This document shows, one piece after another, positions 12,701 to 27,700 of a stretch of 64,000 nt of DNA. The stretch is taken from positions 248,001 to 312,000 of the forward strand of contig JAYWIR010000017.1 in assembly GCA_036172245.1 (NCBI GenBank). Direction: 5' to 3'. Under the pieces are notes generated by a model. That model was given only the letters and a program-made list of their open reading frames with translations, did no database searches and was not told the DNA's origin. Numbering within the stretch: position 1 is the first letter of the stretch; every line of letters begins with the position of its first letter. The position numbers were made by a program, and so were the translations under genes. This stretch comes from Raillietiella orientalis (Eukaryota).

Positions 12701-15700
12701 AATGGGATTTCTCGTTTTATAGGCTGCATCCTTTCTAGTTCTTCTTCCAATCCATCGTACTGCTGACTAATAGTTTTTAATTCATTCTATTTGCCAGTAT
12801 TAACTGTCTACTCTGTGCTACATGAAAAATACTCACATTTCTTCTTTGCATAAGATTTAGTCTACCCTGGGTCACTGACAAATTGTTCGATATTTCTCTC
12901 TTCAGATTTTCATACCATACTTTAAGTGACTCTGTTTGTTTCGATATGTGAGAACTATCGGATCGCAGCTTGTTCGCATTATTTATCAGTGTATCTGACA
13001 AACTTTTCACTTTATTCAAAGGGACATAGAGTTTTTCGAGATCTTCACTAAGTGCATTCATTCTACTCAAGTATGAGGAGTCTTGATTTTCTGGACTAAA
13101 ATCACTATGAAATGAAAGTCTGTCATTAATCCTTTGCAAATTATGTTGCAAATCTCTGAAGTGATCTGAGTAATCATACAAACATTTGCATGTATCCTCT
13201 AAATCTTTTGCCAAATCCACTGCATCTGAAAGTTTTTTAAGCAATTACATATCAGTGAACTGACAAATGATGAAATACCTCTGTTCAAATCATTCCACCT
13301 CGTTGTGAGTGTAAAAATATCTTTTTTAATGCTTTCTTTATCTTTGTCAGCAGATGACATGATGGCTTCCCCAATATTTTTACATTTTTCAAACTGATGG
13401 CCATGTTGGAAAATATCATTCTTTAAAATGTTGATCTCCTTAATGTGCTTTTCCAAATCACCTTTATCTAACCGGACAGGCATAACATTTTTAAGTTTTT
13501 GTTCAACCTCTGTAAGCCATGGCAGAAACTTATGCAATTCATCTTGAAATTGCATACAAAGTTCCTACATAAGAAAGATATAGAAAAATTGGAAAATACA
13601 ATTTCCTTCTAACATACCATACACATATGCAATTTCGAATGTTTGGTTTCAACTTCTTTTAAGAGTTTTTGCCAATTTTTCCTGAGGTTATCTATAGTCA
13701 TTTGCAGAATTTTGTTCTCGTACTTCAGTGAATACAAACTGTTCTCTTGTTTGTCACTGAATGTAGCATCCCTTTTACTATTGAGCAGCATAACTATTTC
13801 GTGTTCTTCATCTTTGACTTTTTTATAAAGTGGCTATTGAAAATAACAAATACACACTCATTTTTTAGAAGTACATATATTGATTATGTAAATGTAAATG
13901 GTTATGTCTATTAAATTCTTCAATCCCAATACAAAACTCGAACATGGCATGAAACCGGGAAATCGTATTTTTTATATATTTAAAAGTCAATAACCTTAAC
14001 ATAAAACACATACCCTTTACCCTTTTTGGTTTGCGAGATAAGGAAATTAAACATTTGAAGCATTCTAGAATAAAAGCAAAAAAAACGATAGTACCTTTAA
14101 CATGTGAAGTTCCAAGAAAAACTTTTTTAAAGCCTTTATAACCTTTATGAAGTGAATGAATACAATAAAGAATGAATTGTGGAAAACAATTCCAATTCCT
14201 GTTGGAATCTTTTACAACAGTTTACACGAGGATATTTAATATGGTTACGTATGCGGTAGCCTAATCCACATAAAGTACTTAAATCAGTACTGCAGTGCAC
14301 TTTATGTGAACAGCAAGAATTTATAAACGATATTGCTTCCTCTCCAAAATTCCAAGTTTTGGAGAGAAAGCAAGTTTTTAAAAATTAAACAGAAAAGCGA
14401 AATAAGTAAGCCAATTACTTCAAACTTCTGTATTTGATTTTGAAGGACTTCCTTATCAGCTGATACTAGGATCTTTTCCATGGCCTCATAAAGCAACTGA
14501 TTGACCCATTTTTCCCAATGTTTACATTTTTCTAAAAATTCTTCTTCATCTTTCTGTGTTGAATCCAGTTTATTTTTAAGTTCACCTTTTAATAAGAAAA
14601 CCAGTTCAACCAAAATGTAAGAACAATATGGAAACATACTTATTCTCTTACTAAGATGATCAGAACCTTTCTTTACATCACTTATTTTGTTCTTTATCTC
14701 CGTTTTACTAATTTCGTCATCCAGAACATTTATCAAATCATTGCCAACACTTTCCAGATCAAGAATGGATTGATTAATCTTGCTAATGTTATTATACAGT
14801 TTCTGAAGTTTTCCTGCATTGATTTCAGAGTTTGTCTCATAATTTTTGTATAGTTCATCAAACTCGTCACCAAGTTTTTGTAACGAATTATGCACTTTTA
14901 AAAATAAGCTATTGAAATGTGCTGCACTTCCTGATGCATTCTGCAAATTTTCTTGACGAACATCTAGTTGCTGTAAAAGGCCATCCCATTTTTTGTTAAG
15001 AGCCGTCATTTTTTTGCTAATTTCTGCAGATTCACTTGCCCCAGAATCGATCTGATCCAAAACAGTTTCAGCACGGGTATTCAGATTTTGCAACCTGGGC
15101 TGATGAGTTCCAAAATCATCTTTCAGAACCTACAATGGAAACATGAACACAGACTTACAAACAAGGATTATGCAACAAGAATAAAAGTGTTCAATGGGCC
15201 ATTATATTTGAAAATGAAATTGAGATTTCATTTCAAACATGAAATTTCAATATCAAGCAAAAAATACGCTATTTACATTTCTCATATAAATCTTATACTC
15301 TATATGTTCTAACAAAAAAATACATCACCTGAACTTGTTGCATTTGCATTACTACCATCTGAGGTTCCACAGCAACTGGACCCAAAACTTTTATCATGTT
15401 CTCTTTAGAGTTTAGCCACTGCATCATTGTGTCGCACTCGGAATTTAAGTTACTTTTATCTTTTAAAAACAACGCCCTAAGACAAAGTCCATGGACTAAA
15501 ACTTATGAGAGGAAAAACTTACTTTTCTCGGCATATAGACATAATTAATACCCACTTCTCTTTTAAACTTGTAAATTCTGTTTGCAAAGGCGATGGATTA
15601 GAAGGATCACTCCATTTTGCCATGAAATTATTTACCCTGTTCTCCAATAATTCTAACTTGGGTTGTTTTTCTTGTAAGGTATCGTATGCTGACTGAAAGA

Positions 15701-18700
15701 CAAATACAGCAGTAAATCTTTTAGTTAAATTTGAGGGAAATTTATCAAGTTTTCTGGTAAGTATGTACAGTTACCTCATAACTTTGAACTAATGCTTCAA
15801 TTTCGGTTCGCCACTTGGGAGGATGACTGGTAGAAACCTGATTTTCTGCTTTCGATAAAACCACTTTCATTTCATTCATAAGTTCCTCTATTTTGTGAAG
15901 CTCTTCTTGGATTGCAGTTATATCTTTTTGCCGTTGTATAAGATCATTTTCCAAAACTGAATATTGCGTTTTGATGTGATTAAGTTCTTCAGAAAAATTT
16001 CCTGGAAACAAAAAGAATAAGATCTAATATGCTTACTGACTTACAATAAATAATAAATCAAACTAATCATTACGTATTAGCTTACAAACGCTAAGACTTT
16101 GCAGAAACCGAAATTCAACATTAATGAATGCCCAATAAGTACAAGTTTTCTGGTACAAACAAATTAAAAACCGTATCTCTTGCCCTAGGATATCCAAACT
16201 ACAATTTTCTTGACATGCCGAGCTTTCTTATGGGCAGAATTCACGTTTTTCATGTCAAAATTAGAATGTTTTATTAATAACATAAATGTTATTTTTACCT
16301 GTATTTTTATAAGGCAGAAGTCGAAACACCAAATTTTTGCCCGATTGTTTTTCCAACGCATTTTCTAAATCAATTTCTAATTTCATCAAATCCTGAATAT
16401 TATATTCATAATCCTTATGTTCTTGAAAAAGCGACTAACATCGAAATTAATAATCTTAGCATGAACACATAAAGTTACCTTAATTTCTCTGCTCCAATGA
16501 ATTAGATCTTCAGAATGGTAAATTGTACTGGGGATTTTTTTCAGTTTCAAGTTGAATTGTTGTAACCAATCTAAAATCTTCGACTTTAACTTTTCATAGT
16601 CTTTCTTGACATGAAAAATGGTATTGAGCTGCGCTTGTTTCTTGCTTAGAATTTCATTAAATGCTTGCCAATTATTCTGAAGATACTAAAAATGTATAAT
16701 TACATAATTACCACATCAAAACGATTTATCATATTCGGAAAGTCATGATTAAATAAAAGCTATCACCAACCTTCATTTTTTCTTTAATGAGAATGCTGTC
16801 TAAGATATTTTTCTGACGTATGAGTTTTTCTCCCTCTTGGAATACGTTTTTAATTTCTTTTTCACGGGTATTTTTTTTCTGAATCAAGCTCTCCAATTTT
16901 TGTGTATATTCATTCATTTGTTGAAAATCCATAATATCTTCATTTAAGAAATGCAGAGAATCATCTAACCAACGTTCACACTCATCAACCCTTGAAATAA
17001 AGGCTTCCAATGAATTTTTGAGATCCTGAAATTGTTGTTTGTAAGATGCTGCCTCTGCCTTCGCTTTTTCAAAACTGAGAAAAAAAAACAGAACCTAAAT
17101 AACAACATTCTATCACTATACTAATTAAATACCGCTGATTCAAATCTTTCAGGTTTTCTTCTATGGATACGGTGTCCTTCCTACTTTTGTTATCTTTTAG
17201 AAATTGACGCGCTGTAAGGTTTACTGAATCCACACTTTTCTCATGAGAAAGGATGTCAGAATTGAGCAAGTCAAACTGTTTGATCTGGTCATACAGACCA
17301 TCTAAACTTAAATTACTGATGGTCTTCATAGTTCTGCAAAAACTCATTAATTAGTGATTTAAACATTTTTTTCCTACCTTAACTGCGTCTCCACATCTTT
17401 AATCCAACTTAATAGGTTATCTAAACCTTGGTGCAAACCTTGTGACTGAATGAGAGCAACTTGTAGAGAGTGCAAACGATCACTCGCGGAATTTTCCAAA
17501 AAGTGGTATCTCTTATAAAGATTTTCAACTCGAAATTTCTCTTCAGGGATGCTTTCTAAATCCAGAATGGGGAGCAAATTCTTTTTGGTCTAAAATAGAG
17601 AAGGTATTTGCATGAAATGGAAAAGTAAGTTTGTTTGAAACCTCTTTGCAAGTGTCAATCAGGTGTGCTGATGACAGAATCTCACTGTTGATGACTTTCA
17701 CCTTCATAAGCTGTTCCTGAATGCCTTTAGGATCGGAACATAGGGCTTCATCAGTTAAGTGAGAAACTTTTGACTCCATTTCTGATACCCAACTGCTTGC
17801 TTTTTCTACTGCCTCTTGATATACCATGTATTTTTTCATGGCTGTATCATACTGTTCTACTAAGGCATTGGACATATTGTACAGATTTTGGAATGTTGTT
17901 GTCAGATTAGTAATTTCTTTTCTGATTTGAGATTCATTTTGTTTCCAGGGAACACAATGCTTTAGTTGCTTTTTACGGAACTCATTTTGAAATTTTTGAT
18001 ATTCCTTTGAAAAAATTAACAAAAGAGAAACCTCTCAATGAACAGTTATTCTTTGTATTTCACTCACTTCTGTTTCACCCAAAAATTTCTGTGCTGTCAT
18101 GCATATGAAACGAAGATCAGCTTGATGGGCTACAACATCACTAAAGAGCTGATTCACGCATTCCAGGTTCTTTTTCAAATTTCGGCAGTCTGCAACAGAA
18201 CGTTCCTTTTCTTCCAAGAGTCCTTGCATATCGGTGATCCACTTCATGAACACCTGAACCTCGTTCCTGCAATTTGTTTTACATGAGTGCATATTATCCA
18301 TGCACATTATCCATTTTTCCCATATACATTAATAAATCAAAAATACAATAAAATAGTATAGTATTGTAACTGAAAGATAACACATATTACATTGCCACTC
18401 ACTTGTATTTGACTAGTTCATCTTGCGCATTCTCGAATTTGCGAAGAAAAATTCCACAGTATTTATTACATTCGTCAAATCGTTTCCTTAAACTTTCTTC
18501 CTTTTTGGTAAGAAGCCGCACCTCATCCTTTCCAATTTTCTGAACAGTTTCTTCTGCCAATAAATCTAAATGATCCGAATTAGAGAAGAGCTTCTCTTTT
18601 TCGTGAAATTCTTCCGATAATTTCTAACAACAAAAAAAGGATCTGCTAATGAATGACTCCACAAATCAATACGGTTAATATTTATCTCTTGTTTTTCGTT

Positions 18701-21700
18701 CCAAAATCTGTAAACTACGCATCTTTACATAGTTTAAATTGCAAACATGTACACATTCTTTCTAATTATTAATGAAATCAAACAAGATATCAAACTTAAA
18801 AGTCAAAGGCTTCATGCTGATTAACTTTTTTAAACATGCTTCTTTAGTATTACATGATTAGATGCAAAAAAATTTTTTAGTTCTTACTTCAATCCTCTGA
18901 GTCTGAAATTTCAACTCTTCAGGATTCTCATTCATTTGCTCCTGCTCAGCCAGCATTCCTTCTGCACTTAGCAGCCAGTCGGAAATGATTTGCAAATTTT
19001 CTCCATACTGTTTGCATTTGTCTTGTAACAGCATCTGTTAGATAAGTGACTTAAAAAAATGCAATCCCAGTCACAAGAGAAAATCAAACTTGCAATTTTA
19101 TGATAAAACGCAAGAATTGTAAAATAAAGTAATTCTTAAACATTGTAACTTTTTAAAACAATGCCACATGATGGCTTTAATTGTAGCATACTTACTCAGC
19201 TGAAACTGTGTCCACACATTTGCAAGAAAGATCATTTCCTATAGAACAGAAATCAAGTGAAGATTACAAGCACGCAGATTTTTGTATTTACTACTTGGCA
19301 AGTCAAGCTAGAAATTGAATTAATGTTAATATCTTTAATAAAGCAAATAGTATGAAAATCTATTCATGATTTACTGAACGCATTTAAAAAGACGATGAAT
19401 TCCAATTTGAAACCATGGACCAAATTTGAAAAGCAGAAGCAAAAGGTCCTAGATTTTTATTGCATTTATGACATATTCTTCAGAGTTTGTTGCATATAAC
19501 ACGATTTTGACCGGATCAAAGTATACATGACCTTAAATATTTTAAGATTTATTCTATAACTGATTCCAACTTAAGATTTATTCTATACTTGAAATTCAGA
19601 CACATTACTACTTCATTCATTTTTTGAAAACAGTGTACAGAGTATTTGAAATGAGAAGAGTGATTCCAAAATAAAATTATACCCAATGAGTATTCATTCC
19701 TTAGTAACTTAGCAAAGAACATATGGAAATTCGAAAGAAAATTCTACAGATATGCATGCTGTTACAAAGCATTTAGTGCACTCGCACTTGATTGATTTGA
19801 GTTACAATAGATAATCAGAACATATTTGAAAACCTTTGCTATCACAAGCAGAGGTAATACATAACATTCACACATGATATGATTGCATAAGTAACAATCT
19901 TCGTAAAATAACATATAACAAAAGATAACTGAAATCAAGCCTACTACTGATTTGTCAACTCCTTTGTCTCGTGGAGCTGCAAAAGTATTCCATGTTTTTT
20001 CGGAGGCATATTGTCTTTGATGGTGCTGTAATAGTTCAGCTGCATTTTCACAATTTTGCAATCTTTCCTTCACTTGAAAACCAATACGCTCCCATCTGTG
20101 AATCAAATCAGCAACCTTCTCCTCCAAGTCTTGGATATTCTGAATACAACCATATGGAGCATTTTTCAAAAAGGCTACAAGGTGCGATGTATCTTTCTGT
20201 AATGTTTCCATTAAAGCGTTGTTCATATCATAGTCTTTCTTAATGCTCTGCAGCTGCAGTTTTCGTTCTTTCAAATGATCGGCATCAGCAGGAAGCTGTT
20301 CGGTAGAAGCAAGCTGCAATTCTAAGTCAACCACAACTCTTTTCGCTTCCTCTGCATTTGCTAGAACCTTTTTGGCATTTTGCAAGTACTCTGAATACAA
20401 ACTAGATAAAGAACAAACACGATCCCATTGGTCAAGAAGTAAATCCATATTCTGCTGATAAACATTATTTTGATTGACATCACCAAGTTTCTTTTGAATA
20501 GAGTCTAAAGAGGCCTCAGTTTCAGTGAGTTGTTTTTCATAATCTTTATGCTGCAAAAGCAGTCTATTAACGGAAGGAATACTGCAGGGAGTGAAATCGG
20601 TTAAGCGTTTTTTCAAAGTGCCTTCAATATCACTGATTGTGTTCTGTAGCTGCTGAAAGGAATGCTTCAGTGTGGCTAAATAATCAAGCTTTGTTTCTTC
20701 ATTAGCTGCACGAGCTTCAAACTCATCGAAACGTCTGTTGACTTTGTCTATTTCTTCTTTTAGCTTTTTCAATTGAGGATCCTTGGGATCTCCCTCGTCA
20801 ATTAACTTTTTAGCATCATCATTAAGTGCTTTACGAATAGCCTGTCTCTGATCTACACTCATTGCTAAAAACTGGTTATAATCCCAAGATAAAACAACAC
20901 GGATAGTTGCAAAAATCATGTTTTGCCGCATCTTATGCTGCTTCTTTTGCCACAGAAGAATGCAATGATCATACTGTTTGTGAAGTTTCTCAGCAGCATC
21001 TATGGCTTCTTGATTTGGAGGGGGTATCAAGAGACAAACAGCTGGAACCATGCCTTTTGTTCCTGTTGAATTTACTACTTCCCATTTCAATTTCTGCGTG
21101 TTGTCCAAAAGCTGACACTCTTCTTGCTTTTGCACACTCATCTGCAATTTTAAAGATGCGTAAATAAAAGACACGTAATCAGTATACGCACATATTTTTG
21201 TTTGTAGTCACATATGGAAATAACGGAAATGTGATCAATAATTTGATTTCTTTTATGCAAAGGAATAATATCCCTACACTGGTTGACTATAGAATAGATT
21301 AAGTCGCCGTAATTGGTCAAATCGTCTCGTAAATTTTGCATTTCTTTTAATAAACCTTCTCCTTCATCCAGTGAAAATTGGGATACACTAAACATTGTTT
21401 CTAGTCTTTCTTCTTGCCTAAAAAACAAATGAATAAGTTGGTAACTACTAAGACGAATACCTGGAAATCCAGTTTTCTGCTTTCCGCAATTGCTTGAAAA
21501 ACCTATGGTATGCAGATGTATATTTCAAATGAGTTTGAAAGCAAAGTGTAAGCTGTAATAACCATGACCACTGTATTTGCATTGTTGCCATATGAGCTTC
21601 TATACATTGGGATGCAGGATGTTTGCTAGCGAGTAACATTTCACCCTGATCTAAAACTGCATGAAGTTGAGATTCTTGAATTTCCAATTCATTCATTAGA

Positions 21701-24700
21701 GTCTGAAACACAATGAAATCACAGTTTCACAAACTTTCAGACCTCATAATATTGTTCGGTTTCGGAAATGTCTAAATTCGGGTCACCCCAGTCCCTGTGT
21801 ATTTCAATTTCTTCCTTTTCACTTAGCCATATCAGTTCATTTGTAGCAGACTGAATAAACTCAAAAAGAACTTCCAAGTCGATTAACCTCTGATTAGATA
21901 TAGCATGTAATTCTGAATACATTTTCTGCAATTGCGAGGCCATTTGGGAGAACAAAATAGCTTCATCTCCTTGAAAGTATTCCTGGAATACACTTGATGC
22001 ATTCGTAATGCCAAATAACTACAAACTTTGTTCTGAATGCATAAATCTAGCTTATTTTGGAAATTTTCGATACTTTCATGCCGTACTTGCTGTTCATAGA
22101 ACTCTTTTTGTACACCAGCTAAGTTATTTCCATAATCTGCATGATCTAATTCCATCTAATGTTAAGAAATTTGAGTACTCATGTTAATGAAAAATTTGCC
22201 TACCATTTTATTTCGAACCCATTCTAAGCATTCCTGAATTAATTTAAAATGCTCATTTGTTTCAACCAATCTCATTTCCACAACTGCTCGCTGTTCTTGA
22301 TATATCATTTTTTCTTCAATTCGATAATTACGATTATTCAAAAGATTAAGCAGCTTATTTTTTAATAAATTACAGGTAGCAATCCAGTGTTGATGAATTT
22401 TCTTCGCTCTACATAATTTTTCGCTCTGTTGATTTGAAATTCAAAGCTGCAATACAAACCGGATTTCCAGACTCGAGCTTTCAGAGTGTTTCTCGTTTTT
22501 GAGAGTTTCAACATCCACAAATAACTGATCGAGGTCTTCCTCACAATTTCTAAGTTTATTGTCCAATTCTTCGCAATTATGCTTGGCATCCATCGGATGT
22601 AGACGATCAAATCGTCGAGCCTCTTCTTCAATTTGATGTTCAATTTCATCGAGTTTAATTTCAATCTGCCGCGATTCACGATGGACTTTGTCTATAAGTC
22701 TTTGAAAACGATCCGACCTAAATCAAGGAATTCAATACAAATCTGCGTATAATGAAATGTCATGTTTACTACTTAAAACTTGCACGTACATACTTGTATT
22801 ACACACCTTTAAAGATTACCTTTTATGAAGTAAAATCAAGAACAGCATGTTGAAAATATCAATTTAATATAAATAAATATAAACAACATCTCTGGACATT
22901 GTTTAACTATTGTAAACTAACTTTAAAATGTCAAAACGCACAATAAACAGAATGAAATACAAATTGGTCTAAGAACACGTTGTAATACACGTGCAAAAAT
23001 AAAACGCAAGCATTTAATGAGTACTTTACAGTATGAATAAAAAGGAAAAAAGGGTAACTGTGGGTAATCTTCATTCAAGAAACATAACTCACCTGCTAAG
23101 CACATCATGGATATATGACTCATTTTCGTGCAAAACTTTCTGAAATCGGTTCCACAATTTTTCAATTCTATCATAATGATACTCTTTTTTGATGTCTAGA
23201 TATTCAATGACCGGACACAAATCCTTCAGTGCATAAAAAAATAGAATTAATATTACTAAAGCATTGAAATTAACCTTTAATTTTTTATACAGCTGAGATA
23301 GTTTATTCTTGTCCCTTAATTTGTTAGGCATTTCTTCTGTTATCAGATGTTTATGTGATAAAGAAGCATGTTTTAAAATTTCAGGAGAATCTGAGACTGA
23401 CAAAGACTTCAGAGAATTAATATTGTCAGTAAGCCAGCAATACATATTGGATGCTATCATGCGATATTCATCTAATAAGCTCTTAAAATGCTAGAAAACA
23501 AATTTGCAATGATCATGAAAATCAAAACCTATACCTTCATGTGAAGTGGATGTACAGGGAATGGCTCTGGCAAGCAATCATATAACTGCGATATATATGT
23601 AATTAATGATTTTTCATCTAATTCTTCGGTATCAACGTCTACACATCAGAATACAACAATTGTTAATTAGCATATCAAAATGTCCAATAAAAGATACAAT
23701 TTAAATTCTGAAATCTTAGAATGTTAGCTGTCCCTCAAACTGCAGAAATAGATATTTATAAACCTGACCAGTTTTTTCAAATACGAAATTGCATGTAAAT
23801 ATATTGATATTACATGGTTTGTAATTTAACAAATCCCCAGAATTAATATTTTTTAAAAAAAAAAAGCCCCAATTTTTTTACACTCTTAAAGGTAATAAAT
23901 ATTTTCAAAAATTAACTTGTAATATAACTTTGTCCCTTCATGATATTTTCTATTGGCCCATTAAGGAAACATGTATGGCGATTTCCCAAAGCACAACCTA
24001 TACTTGTAATAGTTAGGCACTCTTTAAAAAGCAAACAAACAAATAAAAAGAGGCAGTAATATGCAGAAATACTAAGTCTTTGATACTCTATGCAGATAGT
24101 AATATTTAACAAACGCTTTAGAATCATAAGTTCTCCAAGTTTATAGAGCAGTATGCTTTATTGGACAGCTGGGCTCTCCAATTAAAATCAACTCTTCAAA
24201 GTTTCACAGATACATAAGTCACAAACAAATAAACACATGAAAAAACACATACAACAGTACTTAAAAACGATAAAATTAATTTCTGGAATATCTCTATCAA
24301 TGACAACAGCTCTTAACAGAAATATGATGAGCAAGTCTACAAACTTCACACACTCACCCTCTGGATCAAGTAATTTGGTGACACCAAATTCCTTGTCTGC
24401 TAACTCGAAAACGGTTTCTAATCTTTCATGAGGCTTCTGATGCTGCAGGTCTTCCCAATTTACCAAATCTGGTCTAGAACAGTTAGCACATGGTTCAATT
24501 TGGCACACACCAAAATAGACCGACATTAAAAAGCATTCCTTTTACACCGTTACCAATAACGGTCATTAATTGCAATATGAATACGAATATATATATATAC
24601 AGTCATTAATTGCAATAATGCACATATTTTCAGTTTTCGATTGCATTCACAGCCATAACCTAATCAGCATTCTAGCATAAAGTACAACTTGTAGAAAAAT

Positions 24701-27700
24701 CTTGCAAGATGTTTTGAAACTAATAATAAATTAAAAACAAATGTGAAGTTTGTGATGAAACAAGATCTGTTACTGAAAACTAAACTCAGAATTTTTCCTT
24801 CCTTTGAATTTCTGTTACATTAATACAAACAGATAATTTTGGTTAATCAGGGGCACAAGAGTAAGAAATAAGAAACTTGAAAGACCAAGGAATACATGTG
24901 TATAAGCTTGTAAAATGCTGTAAGCTAGCACATAAATCGCTATCTGATTCAGAATTGAGTCTTTTAAACTATTCACAAATTGACCACAGAATTAGGATAT
25001 GCTTTCAATTACTGAATCATACTAAGAATTACTATGAAAAACAAAAATGCATTATCTATTTTACTCAGAGGCTATTTGCTGCAAGCAGTAGAAAACACCC
25101 AAAAATCCAAAGCACTTGAGAAATGTTGGAATAATCTGAACCACTGATGTGATCTAAAAAATGAATTTTTCTTATGCATTATTTGAATTTAAGCAGTGAT
25201 TAACAGAAAAACAGATTAAAATGATGACATGGAAGCAAAGAGCTTTCCCCTACTCTAACAAATACGACTGAAACTCCAATGTTGCTTGTTTATAACATTT
25301 CACTGTTTTGATCAAATGAAATATGCATAAATATAGCAACCTAGTTAGATTGCTATATTTTTAGTTAATCTAAATGCACATTTTGTAGGGCTCGCTGTAC
25401 TTTATCGGATGCTACTGAAAAAGAAAAAAAAAAACATTAAGTAGTGACCAGAGAAAAATCTATATTTTGATTACAAACTTGTTCTAGGAAACAACAATTC
25501 TTAAATCAAAGAAGCTATACATGTTAGACAAATAGTGTAGACATTAGAAAGAAAAATACAAAAAAAATGCAATTAATAGATCTTACTTTGAGAGGGACAC
25601 TAACTTTAAACTCAATAATATCAGAATCCAGAAAATATCACAACTTGGATTCTGCAAAACAGTTAGCAACTGAATACCACAAAATATCGAATTCTGAATA
25701 CTCCAGAAAATTAGAAACAAAAGTTCCGAAATACTGTAAAATAATAAAACCTCTTGAAGAGAGTGGTCAAGGAATTATTGACCCTTCCATGCAATATACA
25801 ATGAATAGCACATAAACAATGATAACGTAAGTCTCATAGTGAATCATGAAATAAAATTGTTTTTAAAGGGCGATTCTGCAAAATGTTGGATATAACAACG
25901 ATTACAAACAGATGATAATGCAACTGTAGTGAATACGAGAGAATGCAATCAACAAAAGTTACCCATTTGCAGATACTCAAAAAAATCAAATAATATCAAC
26001 AAAAAGAACTACAGATTAACAAGAGCTAATAGCACTGAGGTTTTGTGAACTGAAGAAATTTCTCACATCAATCATAGCTTCTCACAATGAATTATGAGAA
26101 ATCAGGCTTGATGCTGAAAACATGGATCATCTTCATCATTAGGATTTCTTTGAATATTATTAGAATTGTAAATACCTATGCCGATGAAGAATAGCACTGA
26201 ATGCCAAGCCATCCCTCCAAGATCTTGTGAAATCCAAAACACGGACTCCAGGATATTCCTCAGTATTTTTCTGGCACCATTGTAAAAGTGCTTCACGGGC
26301 TGAACCAGAATCATTTTGGCCAAAGACAATTTCAGATATCTAAGAAATTTCAACAAATTAGGATCAAGAGAATTACTAGAGATTTAAAATCACCAATATG
26401 AATTTAATCAGCATCACAATGTTATCATATCAATTTTAACAAACTCGAAAGTTTGACACTTCAAATTAACTCTTTTTTCTTTTTCCAAATTGGTTCGAAA
26501 AAATTTCAAGAAAATGATTTCCGACATGATTTTACAGTCCAAAAGTATAATTTTCTCAAACTTTCATGACATATTTACAAAAATGGGAAATTTCAAACTG
26601 TTCGATGGAAAAATGTTTTCGCATATGAAGGTTCTGCATTAAAAATAAAAATTCCTATACTGTCTATCAACTCATCACTAATCTGTCCTCAAAATATAAG
26701 CTTTCCGTCAAATTGCCTTTAATTGAAGTGAAAAAGTCATTTAAGATTTCGAATCTCTTCGTTTTTATTTTCCATTCATTTTTGAGATTTTCACTTGTTG
26801 GATCACATACTGTTGACATTAAGTAAACAGAACCAAGAATCATTTCATCCCATCCTTAAAAAGCTACATCGGACATCAGCTAAAGGAAAGAGATACTTGA
26901 TACTTAGGAAACAGGAGTTATAATCAAAAAAAACAACAAAAAATGATAAGATAAATGCTTGTCATGGCTAAGAATCATCCAAAATACTTCATCAAAGTTG
27001 CACTTCTTATCTTCATTACCAGTTTGCTTTTATAAGCAATTATATGTAACTGATAATGCTCTGAAACATAAATCCTGTTGAATAACTAAAAAAAACTTGC
27101 TCCAAAGAAAACGTATCAGCATCCGCAAATTTAATAAATTTGAAAATGCAAACTTCGATTCACAACAAAATACTGCAAATAGGCAGAAAATACCCAGAAC
27201 ATGAAAGTAATGCAAAAAACATTTTGGAAAGCTTCATGGTCTCTCTTGAAAGTGGAGTGCTGTCAGTCTCGATTTGGATCAGGATAATGAGCATAGCAAG
27301 ACAGAGAAATACTTGAATACACGTGCTACACTTCTTCTCTCTACTCATGTAAGAGAATCCACCCACATATCTACTGATGATCCCACTAGTACATTCTGCC
27401 GTCCATATTTTTACTCTGCACTTCATGTATTAGAGAACTCAAATGAAAATCAAAAACATCGTATTTCATCTGAAATCATCTTCTAGGTAAAAAAAAATTC
27501 TGCTCCTTGCTGATTCATAAGTTTGAATGCACCCTGCACTTTTGTCATGTCGTTACCTATGGCATACTCATCGTATCATGATAAAAATCAAAACAACGGC
27601 ACCGTGCAAGGAAGTATATCCCAAATTTGTGAAGAGCCCTCACATGCCTTCCGATAGGTAATCAGTAAAGCCCTCGATACTCACTGGGAATTCATCCTGG

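Noticed and set aside
24877..27486. Several 70-80 aa Lys/Asn/Glu-rich + strand ORFs in CH2-region introns
   Set aside because: Interrupted by stops, not joinable, and explained by the A-rich skew opposite T-rich introns.
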